A stretch of DNA of 64,000 nt from Candidatus Falkowbacteria bacterium (GCA_037137655.1 JBAXJX010000002.1:101730-165729); one strand, 5' to 3'; shown: positions 44,079-55,139, numbered from the stretch's first letter. Program-made: numbers and translations. Notes: generated by a model not told the origin, from the letters alone.

Positions 44079-44789
44079 ATGAAAGAAAAATTAAAAATTA
44101 TTTTTCGCCAAGCAACCCTGGATGATGTTGACGGACTTGTTACCTTGGAAAAGGAGGTTTGGGGTGTTAACGGCGCCAATTATAATCAACTCGAATCTAG
44201 GATAAAAATATTTCCACAGGGAAATATAATCGCTGTCTGCGACCAACAAGTTGTTGGTTATATTTCATTTGAATATGTTGATAATGTTGTTGACAGTCGA
44301 GATTTTACCTGGGATGATATAACGGATTATGGCTCAATTATTAAAAGTCATAAAGTTAACGGAGAGTATATTTATGGTATAAATATATCGGTGCACCACT
44401 TAATGAATGGTTATGATTTGTTTTTTATTTTGGGTCTCGAAATTTGGATAAATGGGATACTGAATAATAAAAAAGGTGTATTTTTAGGTTCTAGAATACC
44501 TTATTTCGCTAGATACAAAAAAAGTAACCCACTGATAGATGTAAATGATTATGTTGACCTCAAGAGAAATGGAAAATATCTAGACTCAGAATTACGTCTC
44601 TATGAAAGAGATGGATTAAAACCGGTCAAGGTTCTTCCTGGTTATTTTCCAGATCCTGACAGTCTTAATTATGGGGTACTGGTATATCGCAATAATCCAT
44701 TTTATAATTGGCCACTTAAATTTTTTTGGATTTACATAATAAGAAAGATGCCATCAATTCGAAGCACTTTCGCTGTTAAGAAAAAATAA
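44079..44789 (+). CDS. GNAT-like acyltransferase (tentative)
   Basis: IIFRQATLDDVDGLVTLEKEVWG... and QQVVGYISFEY are GNAT-like N-terminal strands. The acetyl-CoA loop is not clearly seen. Confidence 0.4.
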   Translation: MKEKLKIIFRQATLDDVDGLVTLEKEVWGVNGANYNQLESRIKIFPQGNIIAVCDQQVVGYISFEYVDNVVDSRDFTWDDITDYGSIIKSHKVNGEYIYGINISVHHLMNGYDLFFILGLEIWINGILNNKKGVFLGSRIPYFARYKKSNPLIDVNDYVDLKRNGKYLDSELRLYERDGLKPVKVLPGYFPDPDSLNYGVLVYRNNPFYNWPLKFFWIYIIRKMPSIRSTFAVKKK

Positions 44790-44835
44790 ATTTAGTGATA
44801 ATTATTTTTTTGATTCCATTCTACTAAAAAAACAA

Positions 44836-44870
44836 AAGCTTATTCTTTTTTAAGAATAAGCTTTTTTATT
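44836..44870 (+). terminator. intrinsic terminator
   Basis: AAGCTTATTCTT-TTTT-AAGAATAAGCTT plus T6. Confidence 0.85.
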
Positions 44871-44908
44871 TTCTTGTTTTTGTATTCTAAAATTGATATA
44901 ATTCATGT

Positions 44909-47011
44909 ATGACGGATGTCCCTGTGTATTTAATGTTTATTGCATCTTTTTTATCCATTTCAATGATCGCGATGGGTGTTATTGCTGTGGTTAAAAATTT
45001 TAAATCCTTAACTAATAGATTATTTTGTTTATTTTCTATTACATTAGCATTTTGGAATATAGCTAGTTTTTTAGAAAATTTTTTTTATAATTTTAAAGTC
45101 TCCTTATTTTTCTTAAATTTAGATTTTTTCCTTGGTATTTTTGTTTTTTTCTTTGCATTTTTATTTTTATTTAATTTTCCTCAGGAAAATAAAAAAATAA
45201 ATAAATATGTTTTATTATTTTTTATTCCAGTTATTATTAATGTTTATTTATTGATGAATGGTGGGATCATAAGTAATATAGAGCCATTTGGCGGTAAGGT
45301 TATTTTTAAGTTAGGTGCTTGGTTTTGGTTCTATGTTCTTGTGGGAATCCTAAGTGTTTCTAGCAGTGTCGTTTTTCAGTTTATTCAATATAAAAAAAGT
45401 TTTGGCATTAAAAAAGAACAAATAAAATATATTTTATTTGGCACCATCGTTTATTCGGGTGTTATTTTGGTTTTTAACTTCTTTTTACAGAATATGGTCT
45501 CTGGAAATGTTATAATGATGGCAAACTTTAGTTCTGTTATATTAGTTTTTTGTATTTTTTATGCCATTATCCGTTACCGCTTAATGGATATAAAAATTAT
45601 TTTAAGATTGGGCATTGCTTTTACCTTTTTACTATCAATCATTATTGCGGTTTATATGTTAGCCGATTATTTTTTGATGGGCTGGTTAAAAATTAATGGC
45701 TTTCTGGCTTATATTATACCGTCTGTATTAATTACCACCACCTTCATTCCTCTTAAAAGATATTTAGGAAAAGTTACTAATGATGTTTTTTTTAATGGGC
45801 AATATGAGTTTGCTGAGTTAGTTCGAGAAATTGAAAGAAATATTCATCGCGCCAGATTGGATCTCGATCAAACACTGGAGAATGTAAATAGAATTTTAAC
45901 CAATGCTTTACACGCAAAGCGTGGTGCTATTTTAATTTTGAATACAGAGGGTAATTTTGTAACTCGTCAGGCAATTGGTCATGATGCCGCAGATTTAAGA
46001 TTGCGACCAGCTAGTCCAATTGTTAATTACCTTAATGCTTATCATGATAAAATTTTAATCAAAGAGGATATTGAGGGAGAGCGTGATGCCGGTGAAGTAT
46101 CAAAAACAGCCGCCAATGCCATAATAAAAGATATGGATAAAAAAGGTTTTTCTTTGGCTGTACCAATTAAGTTTGAAGATAAATTAATCGGAGTTTATCT
46201 TTTTGGCGAAAAGAAGTCTCACGACACTTTTACGCGTGAAGATTTAGCTTTGTTGCAACACGTTTGTTGGGAAATAAGTTTTGCGGTAGAAAATTCCCGT
46301 TCTTACGAGGAGTTGCAACGCCTAGATGCGGCCAAATCAAATTTTATTTCTGTGGCCTCACATCAACTTCGTACCCCAGTAACAATTAGTCGATGTAATT
46401 TGGAGTTATGTTTTGACTCTAAAATTAAAGCTAAGGAAAAGACTTTTGCCATTACAACGGCTTACGATAGTGTGGTTTTTCTTGGTCGTCAACTCGATCA
46501 ATTGCTTACCGTTCTAGATATCGAAGAGCACGGCGCTTTCGCTATGAAGCAAAAAAATAAAATAGCGGACATTATTAATGAGGTTTTAGAAGCTAATGAA
46601 TTAGGTGTTAAAAATAAAAAATTAAAATTAGAATTGGATATTGATAAAAAGATCAAAGAAATTAATTGTGATAGAGCTAAAATTAAAAATATTTTAAATA
46701 TAGTTATTATTAATGCTATATCTTACAGTTTTGTTGGTGGTAGTATAAGTTTGGCGGTTAAGAAAAGAGAATTTAATAACAAGGCCCAAGTTATTTTTTC
46801 GGTATCTGATAATGGTATTGGCGTTAGTGAGGAGAGTAAGCCGGAAATGTTTAAAAAATTCTTTCGTGGCCAAGAGGCGATTTCCATGTTGCCAAACGGA
46901 CTTGGTTTGGGATTATATATATCAAAAAAACTTATTAGTGTTCACGGTGGTGATATTTGGTTTGAAAATAAAGATCATGGCGTAACTTTTTATTTTTCAT
47001 TGCCGCTCTAA
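44909..47011 (+). CDS. sensor histidine kinase (polytopic N-terminus, GAF-like, HisKA, HATPase_c)
   Basis: About 8 TM helices; a GAF-like region (...GAILILNTEGNFV...LIGVYLFGEKKS); H-box SVASHQLRTPV; DNGIGV; GLGLGLYISKKLISVHGG. Confidence 0.85.
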   Translation: MTDVPVYLMFIASFLSISMIAMGVIAVVKNFKSLTNRLFCLFSITLAFWNIASFLENFFYNFKVSLFFLNLDFFLGIFVFFFAFLFLFNFPQENKKINKYVLLFFIPVIINVYLLMNGGIISNIEPFGGKVIFKLGAWFWFYVLVGILSVSSSVVFQFIQYKKSFGIKKEQIKYILFGTIVYSGVILVFNFFLQNMVSGNVIMMANFSSVILVFCIFYAIIRYRLMDIKIILRLGIAFTFLLSIIIAVYMLADYFLMGWLKINGFLAYIIPSVLITTTFIPLKRYLGKVTNDVFFNGQYEFAELVREIERNIHRARLDLDQTLENVNRILTNALHAKRGAILILNTEGNFVTRQAIGHDAADLRLRPASPIVNYLNAYHDKILIKEDIEGERDAGEVSKTAANAIIKDMDKKGFSLAVPIKFEDKLIGVYLFGEKKSHDTFTREDLALLQHVCWEISFAVENSRSYEELQRLDAAKSNFISVASHQLRTPVTISRCNLELCFDSKIKAKEKTFAITTAYDSVVFLGRQLDQLLTVLDIEEHGAFAMKQKNKIADIINEVLEANELGVKNKKLKLELDIDKKIKEINCDRAKIKNILNIVIINAISYSFVGGSISLAVKKREFNNKAQVIFSVSDNGIGVSEESKPEMFKKFFRGQEAISMLPNGLGLGLYISKKLISVHGGDIWFENKDHGVTFYFSLPL

Positions 47012-47023
47012 TCATTATTGATT

Positions 47024-49066
47024 ATGAAGTTTTCTAATCTTAGTGTTCAACAAAAAATAACTATAGCTGGTTTAACCATTTCTGTGGCTGCCGCTAGTAT
47101 CTTTGCTGCGGTTTGTGTTTATTATTTATTTTTTAATAAAAATAATGATTATGAATCTTTATTTCTGATCATGGTTTTTTTAGCAATCATCTTTTGTATT
47201 CTGTTTGTGGTGATGCTTTTTTTGGTTTTATTTCGTGACAGCGCTCGTGCCAGTAAACGACTTTCTGATGATAAACTTAAATTAATAATTAATGATTCAA
47301 ATTTTAACGTTAGCGTAGATAGTGGTGATGAGACTAATTATTTAGCAAAAACATTTAATTTTGTAGCTGATAATATTCGTGAGCGTGAACAAAAAATTGT
47401 TGAGTATACTTGTAATCTGGAAAGAATGATTGATGAAAAAAACATTGATTTATCGGTGACTAATAAGTTGATAGTTGTAAATGAAAAGAAAATAAAAGAT
47501 ATTCTTCATAATTCTCCGTTTCCATTATTCTTTGTAAATAAAGAGCATAAAGTGGTTTATTGGAGCAGGGCAATGGCGCGCATTACCAATACAAAAGAAG
47601 TTGATTTGTTGGGGGAAAATAATTATTGGAAGGCTTTGTATTTTGAAAAAAGATTGCTTTTGATAGATTTAATTTTGGATAACCGAACGGATGAGATTCA
47701 CAATCTTTACAGGGATGTTAAAAAATCAAAGCTTATTAAGGATGGTTATGAAGTGATTGATTTCTTTCCTAATATTAACGGTGGCACTTGGTTCCATTTT
47801 GCTGCTGCCGCTGTTCGCGATAATTATGGTAAAGTTATTGGTGCCCTGGAAGTTTTTGAGGATATTACTGAATATAAAAAAACAGAAGAGATTGCATCGG
47901 TTGAGAGAATAAAATATGAAGAGATGGTTAATAATGTTCCCGTTGGAATGTATCGTAGCACTTTAGGGTTAAAAGGTAGGTTTACCGAGGTTAATCCTTT
48001 TATGGTGACTTTGACTGAAGCTAACTCAAAAGAGGAGTTATTAAGATATAACATTACTAAGCTTTACAACGATCCGGTAAAACGCCGTGAGATTATAGAT
48101 AGTCATTTATTTGAGGGTTATGTTAAGGATGTGGAAGTGCAGATTAAAACGCTAAAGGGAAACATTAAGTGGGTATCAATAACATCAGCCATGAAAAAAG
48201 ATAGGGGTGGTGAAGTTTATTTCGATGGTATAGTTATGGACATTACTGAACGTAAAAAAGCGGAAGCATCTCAAGTTGAAATATATAAAAAATTAAAAGA
48301 AGTTGATGAAGTAAAAACTGAATTTGTTTCTTTAGCTTCACATCAATTGCGCACCCCACTGTCTAGCATTGGGTGGTATGCGGAGATGTTGTTGTCAGGT
48401 GAGGTTGGAAAGTTAAATAGAAAACAAAGACAGTATGTAAGCGTTTTACAGCAAAGTAGTCGGCGAATGGTAGCGCTAATTAATTCTCTTTTAAATGTTT
48501 CTCGTTTGGAAATGGGTATCTTTATTGTTGAACCTGAACCAATTAATCTAATTGAGAGTGCTCAAGAGATTATTGTTGAATTGGGCCATCAGATTAAAGC
48601 AAAAAAACAGGTTGTAAATAAATTACCACTAAAAAATAAGTTACCATTAATTCAGGCTGATCCAAAATTAATAAGAGTTATTTGGCAAAATTTATTGTCT
48701 AATGCGGTAAAATACACTCCAGCTCAAGGTAAGATTAATGTTAAAGTTCGGGTGGTTGCGGCAGGCGAAATGGTTGGGGGTAAAAAAATTGATAAAGAAG
48801 CCTTTTTAGGTGTAGTGGCCGATTCTGGTATTGGCATCCCTAAGGCGCAACAATATTTAATATTTTCTAAACTGTTTCGAGCTGATAACGTGCGTCTTGG
48901 TGCGGTTGAGGGAACTGGCTTAGGATTGTATATTGTGAAGAAAGTTCTGGATAAATGTGAGGGTGATATTTGGTTTAAGTCAGTGGAGGGTGTTGGAACA
49001 ACATTTTACTTTACCTTGCCTAAAACAGGCATGAAAAGAAAACAGGGCACAAAAAGTTTGACTTAG
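47024..49066 (+). CDS. sensor histidine kinase (2 TM, HAMP-like, tandem PAS, HisKA, HATPase_c)
   Basis: H-box SLASHQLRTPLSS; NLLSNAVKYTP; DSGIGI; GTGLGLYIVKKVL. Two PAS-like segments. Start could be TTG 47018 or ATG 47024. Confidence 0.85.
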   Translation: MKFSNLSVQQKITIAGLTISVAAASIFAAVCVYYLFFNKNNDYESLFLIMVFLAIIFCILFVVMLFLVLFRDSARASKRLSDDKLKLIINDSNFNVSVDSGDETNYLAKTFNFVADNIREREQKIVEYTCNLERMIDEKNIDLSVTNKLIVVNEKKIKDILHNSPFPLFFVNKEHKVVYWSRAMARITNTKEVDLLGENNYWKALYFEKRLLLIDLILDNRTDEIHNLYRDVKKSKLIKDGYEVIDFFPNINGGTWFHFAAAAVRDNYGKVIGALEVFEDITEYKKTEEIASVERIKYEEMVNNVPVGMYRSTLGLKGRFTEVNPFMVTLTEANSKEELLRYNITKLYNDPVKRREIIDSHLFEGYVKDVEVQIKTLKGNIKWVSITSAMKKDRGGEVYFDGIVMDITERKKAEASQVEIYKKLKEVDEVKTEFVSLASHQLRTPLSSIGWYAEMLLSGEVGKLNRKQRQYVSVLQQSSRRMVALINSLLNVSRLEMGIFIVEPEPINLIESAQEIIVELGHQIKAKKQVVNKLPLKNKLPLIQADPKLIRVIWQNLLSNAVKYTPAQGKINVKVRVVAAGEMVGGKKIDKEAFLGVVADSGIGIPKAQQYLIFSKLFRADNVRLGAVEGTGLGLYIVKKVLDKCEGDIWFKSVEGVGTTFYFTLPKTGMKRKQGTKSLT

Positions 49067-49118
49067 ACCTAGTTTTAAGCTAAAGTTTTTGTGTCTTTTT
49101 TATTATTAAAATTTTGAT

Positions 49119-50513
49119 ATGGTATACACTTTAATTAAGGATTTACACAAAAATACAGCCGATTTCATTGATAAAGAGCTTATTGTTGGTGCCTGGGTTC
49201 GGACTGTGCGCAGCTCTAAAGAATTTGCCTTTATGGAGCTTAATGATGGTAGTTTTTTTAAGGGTATTCAGGTGGTGTTTGATACTTCTTTGCCAAATTT
49301 TGCTGAAGCGGAAAAATTAAGTATTGGTTCTTCGGTTGAGGTTCGCGGTATGTTTGTAAAATCAGAAGGTGCTGGGCAGGCATTTGAATTAAAAGCGACA
49401 GCCATTAATATTCTAAATCAAGCGGCGGCTGATTATCCTTTACAGAAAAAAGGTCATAGCATGGAATTCTTACGGACTATTGCTCATTTGCGTGGTCGAA
49501 GTAATACTTTTTCTGCAGTTTTTCGTTTGCGTTCAGCTTTAAGTTTCGCTGTTCATAAATTTTTTCAAGAAGAAGGTTTTAATTATGTACATACCCCAAT
49601 TATTTCTAGTAGTGATGCTGAGGGTGCTGGAGAGATGTTTGGTGTTACAACGTTTAATTTGGATAAAACAATTCCAAAAAATGATAAAGGTGAAGTTGAT
49701 TTTGCACAAGATTTTTTTGGCGCTAAAACCGGTTTAACCGTTAGTGGTCAATTAGAAGCGGAAACTTTAATCAATGGTTTGAATCGTGTTTATACTTTTG
49801 GTCCAACTTTCCGGGCGGAGAATTCCAATACTACGCGTCATGCTTGTGAGTTTTGGATGATTGAACCAGAAATGGCCTTTGCTGAGCTTAAGGATGATAT
49901 GGATTTAGCTGAAAAGATGATCAAATATTTAATTGCTTATATTTTAAAGGCATTACCAGAAGAGATGGAATTTTTTAATAAATTTATTGATACTGGGTTA
50001 CTCGAAAGATTAAATAATGTTTTAAATTCCGACTTTGCCCGTGTGACTTATACTGAGGCTGTGGAATTATTAATTAAGAGTGGTGAAAAATTTGAATATC
50101 CAGTGTCATGGGGAGTTGATTTACAAACTGAACATGAACGCTATATTACTGAAAAGATTTTTAATAAACCAGTATTTCTAACTGATTACCCAAAAGAAAT
50201 AAAAGCTTTTTATATGCGTCAAAATGACGATGGTAAGACTGTGGCGGCGACTGATTTGTTAGTCCCTGGTATTGGTGAAATTATTGGTGGTAGTCAAAGA
50301 GAGGAGCGCTACGAGGTTCTAGAGGCACGCATGAGAGAGATGAACTTAGATCCGGAGGATTATTGGTGGTATATGGATTTGCGTAAGTATGGTTCTGTAA
50401 AACATGCCGGTTTTGGTCTTGGTTTTGAACGGGCCATTATGTATTTTTCTGGGATGGCTAATATTCGTGATGTGATTCCTTTTCCTCGTACTCCAAAAAA
50501 TGCGGAGTTCTAA
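49119..50513 (+). CDS. asnS: asparagine--tRNA ligase
   Basis: Class IIb motifs [25 protein letters not shown] and GFGLGFER, with an N-terminal OB fold. Confidence 0.88.
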   Translation: MVYTLIKDLHKNTADFIDKELIVGAWVRTVRSSKEFAFMELNDGSFFKGIQVVFDTSLPNFAEAEKLSIGSSVEVRGMFVKSEGAGQAFELKATAINILNQAAADYPLQKKGHSMEFLRTIAHLRGRSNTFSAVFRLRSALSFAVHKFFQEEGFNYVHTPIISSSDAEGAGEMFGVTTFNLDKTIPKNDKGEVDFAQDFFGAKTGLTVSGQLEAETLINGLNRVYTFGPTFRAENSNTTRHACEFWMIEPEMAFAELKDDMDLAEKMIKYLIAYILKALPEEMEFFNKFIDTGLLERLNNVLNSDFARVTYTEAVELLIKSGEKFEYPVSWGVDLQTEHERYITEKIFNKPVFLTDYPKEIKAFYMRQNDDGKTVAATDLLVPGIGEIIGGSQREERYEVLEARMREMNLDPEDYWWYMDLRKYGSVKHAGFGLGFERAIMYFSGMANIRDVIPFPRTPKNAEF

Positions 50514-50529
50514 ATTTGATCAATAAAAA

Positions 50530-50556
50530 AAAGAGAGCCATTTGGCTCTCTTTTTT
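50530..50556. terminator. bidirectional intrinsic terminator
   Basis: GAGAGCC-ATTT-GGCTCTC flanked by an A-run and a T-run. Confidence 0.8.
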
Positions 50557-50566
50557 GTGGCTATTT

Positions 50567-51760
50567 TTAGTTGGTATCTTTTAAGATTTTTATGAAGTAG
50601 TAGCCGGATAAAAATAAGATGGCGATAATTAGGAAAAAATGCGATATTGGTAAATAGGTCAATAGTGATAACGACAAGAGTGAGCCAAAAATATAAGCCA
50701 GTGGTTGGGTGCTGCGGAAAAAATTTATTAGATCAACATGTTTAACGGTTACAATTTTAAAGAAATAAGCTTCACGCATTGCCTCAACTAGAGCGGCGCC
50801 AGTGCGACTAAAAAATAAAATTAATGTCCATATAATTAAATTATCAGACAGTGTTACGGAAAATAAAACAAGTGAAATTATTAAAATTGTTAAACCAACG
50901 GCCATGAGTTTTTTTTCACCAATTTTATCAGCCATTATCCCAGCAGGAATTTCAAAGATAATGAACGGTAGTAGCATTATGGAAAAAATAATACCAAGAC
51001 TAGACCAGGATATACCAAGATCTTGAGTTAAATAGATTGGGACATAAACCACAGCGGTGGCGTAAAATAACTGTAGAATAAAGGCCATAAAAACTATGCC
51101 ACGCAAGTTTTTATTTTGCCAAATATTTTTTAGGGTTTTTTTAAATTCTGATTTTTGGTACTCAAAATGATCCTCTAAGTTTTTACTTTTATTGTGAAAA
51201 ATGACAATAAAGGGAATTAATATTAAGGCTGATAGAATATAGATTGGGCGGTAACCCCAGTTTTTAATAATCAGACCAGAGATGGCCGGAGAGAGTACCC
51301 ACGCCAAGTTCATGGCGGTAAAATAGATGGTGCGTGTTTTGCCGGTGCTTTTTTCCGCGGAAAACCCCTCGACAAAAATATCCATGTTTATTAATAGTAA
51401 ACAGAAACCGGTCCAAAGCGCAGCAAATGAGGCAAAGGCTTGCCAAGCATTTGTTGCTAAGCCCAAGGTAGCTGAAGCGATTAAAGTAAGTACAAGAATA
51501 ATTAAAGAGGTGGTGTAATTAGTTAATTTTTTTATAACTCTAGGAAAAAAGATGATAGCAAAAAAAGCGATGATGTTGGCACCTAGAAAAAATAAGCTCA
51601 CTTGGCCGGTTTTAACAAATTGACCAAGATAACTAGATTCGACATAGGCTGGCAGTGCAGTGGCCAGTGATAAGATAAAGCCAAGAAAATACATAATTTT
51701 CAAGCCAGCTTCTTTTCGCTTATTTTCTTTAGCTGTTTTATATGGACTTAGTTTTTTCAT
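50567..51760 (-). CDS. MFS-type transporter
   Basis: About 12 TM helices in a 6+6 layout. The true start may be internal (the ORF overlaps lgt by 23 nt). Confidence 0.7.
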   Translation of the reverse strand: MKKLSPYKTAKENKRKEAGLKIMYFLGFILSLATALPAYVESSYLGQFVKTGQVSLFFLGANIIAFFAIIFFPRVIKKLTNYTTSLIILVLTLIASATLGLATNAWQAFASFAALWTGFCLLLINMDIFVEGFSAEKSTGKTRTIYFTAMNLAWVLSPAISGLIIKNWGYRPIYILSALILIPFIVIFHNKSKNLEDHFEYQKSEFKKTLKNIWQNKNLRGIVFMAFILQLFYATAVVYVPIYLTQDLGISWSSLGIIFSIMLLPFIIFEIPAGIMADKIGEKKLMAVGLTILIISLVLFSVTLSDNLIIWTLILFFSRTGAALVEAMREAYFFKIVTVKHVDLINFFRSTQPLAYIFGSLLSLSLLTYLPISHFFLIIAILFLSGYYFIKILKDTN

Positions 51761-52586
51761 AAAAGGCTGTTTTTATTAGGATTGCTCCGCTGATAATAAT
51801 TATAAATAGGCTTATGATTTGGGGCCAGCGCCAGTTATTTAAAATTGGCGTCACATCAATTTTTATAAATTCAAGTGAAAATCTCAGAATAGAATATAAA
51901 ATAAAGTACCCGGTAGTTATTATAACGTAATTCTTATAATTTTGCTTGTTCTTTTTAATTAAGTATAATTGTGCGCTAAAAAGAATGATAAAAATTAATA
52001 AATTACCGAGCGATTCATATAAAAAAGTGGGATGAAAAAAATTACTGGAAATATATTCTAGTGGGCGGTTCATTAAATCAATTGGAATTCCCCAGGGAAG
52101 ATTGGTTGGTAGGCCAAATAATTCTTGATTAAAATAATTACCGAAGCGACCAATTGCTTGACCCAGAGCTAGACCCGGAACAATAATGGCAGCAATTTTC
52201 CAAAACTCGATTTTAAAATTTAAGTTATTATCTTTGGTATATTTTTTTATAAAAATAAAAAAAGCAATCAGTCCACCAATTAAGGCTCCGTGAATGGCTA
52301 GTCCGCCCTGCCAAATTTTAAAAACATCAAGTGGATTTTGGAGATAATAATTAAAATTTAAAAAACAGTCATAAATGCGCGCCCCCAGTAAACCGCTAAT
52401 GATTACCCAAAAACCTAAATCAATAATAGTCTCACTTAAAATTTTATAATACCGGGCTAAGTATATAGTTATGATTAGAGCAACACTAATAGCGCTAACC
52501 ATAAAAAGGCCATACCAATAAATATGGAGTGCGCCAAAAGAAGCTAAAATCGGTTGGGGATTAAAGCTGTGCAGGAAATTTATCAT
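51738..52586 (-). CDS. lgt: prolipoprotein diacylglyceryl transferase
   Basis: YWYGLFMV, GARIY, WQGGLAIHGALIGG and GQAIGRFGNYFNQELFG. Confidence 0.9.
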   Translation of the reverse strand: MINFLHSFNPQPILASFGALHIYWYGLFMVSAISVALIITIYLARYYKILSETIIDLGFWVIISGLLGARIYDCFLNFNYYLQNPLDVFKIWQGGLAIHGALIGGLIAFFIFIKKYTKDNNLNFKIEFWKIAAIIVPGLALGQAIGRFGNYFNQELFGLPTNLPWGIPIDLMNRPLEYISSNFFHPTFLYESLGNLLIFIILFSAQLYLIKKNKQNYKNYVIITTGYFILYSILRFSLEFIKIDVTPILNNWRWPQIISLFIIIISGAILIKTAFYEKTKSI

Positions 52587-52607
52587 AAATTTGGAGTTTT
52601 TTTGTTT

Positions 52608-52689
52608 GTGCGGGCGGAGAGACTCGAACTCTCATAGATTGCTCCGCTTGCTCCTAAGGCAAGTGCGTATACCAATTTCGCCACGCCCG
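52608..52689 (-). tRNA. tRNA-Leu (anticodon TAG)
   Basis: Reverse complement is GCGGGCGTGGCGAAATTGGTATACGCACTTGCCTTAGGAGCAAGCGGAGCAATCTATGAGAGTTCGAGTCTCTCCGCCCGCA. Anticodon stem CTTGC/GCAAG with loop CTTAGGA, and a long variable arm. Confidence 0.9.
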
Positions 52690-52742
52690 CAATTTTGTGG
52701 TATAATAATAATAACTAATTAATTTAAAAAAGTAAAATTATT

Positions 52743-55127
52743 ATGAAAAAAACAAATTTTACCAGGTTTTTTAAGGATTTGGGAATAAAGGACGTTCCGA
52801 CCGTTGGTGGCAAAAATGCTTCACTCGGTGAAATGTACCGAACTTTGGCTACGGCTGGCGTTCGCGTTCCGAATGGGTTTGCGACCACGGCAGCGGCTTA
52901 CCAACATTTTTTAATTGCTGGTGGGATTAAAAAACAGATTAAGGACATCTTAAAAGATTTGGATACAAAAGATGTGCGTAATATTTTTGCTCATGGTAAG
53001 GCGGTGCGTGATTTAATTATTCAAACTGAATTGCCGGTCGATTTAACTAAGGAAATAATTTTGTCTTACCGTAAATTGTGCTCAGAATATAAAGTTAAAA
53101 ATTTAGCTGTGGCCGTGAGATCGAGTGCGACGGCCGAGGATTTGCCAGATGCTTCTTTCGCTGGACAACAAGAAACATTCCTAAATATTACTGGTGAAAA
53201 AGAATTGTTGTTAGCAGTACGTAAATGTATTGCTTCTTTATTTACGGATCGCGCTATTTCTTATCGAGCAGATAAAGGTTTTGATCATTTTAAAATTTCA
53301 TTATCTGTTGGTATTCAAAAGATGATTCATTCTAAAGCATCTGGCGTGATGTTTTCGATTGATACGGAATCTGGTTTTAAAAACGCGGCTTTAATCCATT
53401 CGATTTATGGTTTAGGAGAAAATATTGTGCAGGGTCGTGTTAATCCGGATGAATTTTATTATTTTAAACCAACCAAAAAAGTAATCTCGAAAAAATTAGG
53501 TAGCAAGGATGTGAGCATGATTTATAATGCGGATCCAAAAAATCCAGTGAAAAATATTCCAGTTAGTTTAGCGGATCAACAAAAATTTTCTATCACCGAT
53601 AAAGAAATTGCGAAGTTGGGTGAATGGGCGGTGTTAATTGAGAATCATTACAAGAAGGCTATGGACATGGAATGGGCTTTGGATAAGGACGATAAACTTT
53701 ATATTATTCAGGCTCGGCCCGAAACAGTTCAAAGTCAAAGAGATGTTAATATTTTAGAGCGCTATATATTATCTAAAAAATCAGCGGTAGTTGTGAGTGG
53801 CCAAAGTGTTGGTAGTAAAATTGGCACAGGTGTGGTTAATAAAATTTTAAATGTGAAAGACATTACAAATTTTAAACCAGGCCAAGTGTTAGTGACGACT
53901 ATGACTGATCCAGATTGGGAGCCAATTATGAAAATCGCTTCGGCTATTGTGACTAATAGTGGCGGCCGAACTTGTCATGCGGCGATTATTTCTCGTGAGC
54001 TTGGTATTCCATGTGTGGTTGGCACAGCTAACGGCACAACTAAAATAAATTCTGGTGATAAAGTGACGGTGTCTTGTGCGGGCGGTGATGAGGGAATTGT
54101 TTATGAGGGAATTTTGCCATTCAAAGTGGAAAAAACTAATATTAAAAACATTAAACACCCGAACACTAAAATCATGATGAATGCGGCCGAGCCAGATTTG
54201 GCTTTTGCCACTTCATTTATTCCGAATGATGGTGTTGGTTTAGCTCGTTTAGAATTTATTATTAATAATTCGATTAAAGCTCATCCTTTGGCTTTAATTA
54301 ATTTTGATAAATTACAAGATCAAAAAGTTAAAAAACAAATTGCCGTTTTAACTCAAGGTTATAAAGATAAATCCGAATTTTTTGTCGACAAATTAGCGAG
54401 TGGTGTGGCCATGATTGCGGCGGCTTTTTATCCAAAAGATGTGATTGTTCGTTTGTCCGATTTTAAATCTAATGAATATGCCAACTTGCTTGGTGGTCGC
54501 GACTTTGAACCAAAAGAAGAAAATCCGATGATTGGTTATCGTGGTGTCAATCGTTATTATAATCCAAAATTTTTACCAGCCTTTAAATTGGAATGCCGCG
54601 CTTTAAAGAGAGTGCGTGATGAATATGGTTTAAAGAACGTAAAAATTATGATTCCATTTTGTCGTACTATTGAAGAAGGTTTGAAGGTGCAAAAGATTAT
54701 GGCGCAACATGGTTTAGTGCGTGGTAAAAATGATTTGCAAATTTATGTGATGGCCGAAATTCCAGCGAATATTATTTTAGCAGAAGAGTTTGCTAAATAT
54801 TTTGATGGTTTCTCTATTGGCTCCAATGATTTAACTCAGTTAACGTTGGGCATTGATCGTGATTCCAGTACTAGTTTAAATGTGGCTGGTGTGTCAAATG
54901 AAAAAAATGCGGCGGTAACAAAATTGATTACTCAATTAATTGCTAGCGCTAAAAAAACAAAAACTAAAGTTGGAATTTGCGGTCAAGCCCCAAGTGATTT
55001 TCCAGAATTTGCGCAGATGTTAGTAGAACTGGGAATCGATAGTATTTCCTTAATTCCAGATACAGTTCTAAAAACCACTTTAGCGGTTTTGGAAACTGAG
55101 AAAAAATTGAAGAGAAAGAAAAAATAA
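52743..55127 (+). CDS. ppsA: phosphoenolpyruvate synthase (pyruvate, water dikinase)
   Basis: GGKNASLGEM, the swivel His motif GGRTCHAAIISRELGIPCVVG, and a C-terminal PEP-utilising TIM barrel (GSNDLTQLTLG). Confidence 0.9.
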   Translation: MKKTNFTRFFKDLGIKDVPTVGGKNASLGEMYRTLATAGVRVPNGFATTAAAYQHFLIAGGIKKQIKDILKDLDTKDVRNIFAHGKAVRDLIIQTELPVDLTKEIILSYRKLCSEYKVKNLAVAVRSSATAEDLPDASFAGQQETFLNITGEKELLLAVRKCIASLFTDRAISYRADKGFDHFKISLSVGIQKMIHSKASGVMFSIDTESGFKNAALIHSIYGLGENIVQGRVNPDEFYYFKPTKKVISKKLGSKDVSMIYNADPKNPVKNIPVSLADQQKFSITDKEIAKLGEWAVLIENHYKKAMDMEWALDKDDKLYIIQARPETVQSQRDVNILERYILSKKSAVVVSGQSVGSKIGTGVVNKILNVKDITNFKPGQVLVTTMTDPDWEPIMKIASAIVTNSGGRTCHAAIISRELGIPCVVGTANGTTKINSGDKVTVSCAGGDEGIVYEGILPFKVEKTNIKNIKHPNTKIMMNAAEPDLAFATSFIPNDGVGLARLEFIINNSIKAHPLALINFDKLQDQKVKKQIAVLTQGYKDKSEFFVDKLASGVAMIAAAFYPKDVIVRLSDFKSNEYANLLGGRDFEPKEENPMIGYRGVNRYYNPKFLPAFKLECRALKRVRDEYGLKNVKIMIPFCRTIEEGLKVQKIMAQHGLVRGKNDLQIYVMAEIPANIILAEEFAKYFDGFSIGSNDLTQLTLGIDRDSSTSLNVAGVSNEKNAAVTKLITQLIASAKKTKTKVGICGQAPSDFPEFAQMLVELGIDSISLIPDTVLKTTLAVLETEKKLKRKKK

Positions 55128-55139
55128 TTTAACCATAAA

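Noticed and set aside
51738-51760. The 23-nt overlap between lgt and the MFS transporter as a possible recoding signal
   Set aside because: It is more simply explained by an internal MFS start codon (for example the Met of MYFLGF). No slippery sequence was seen.
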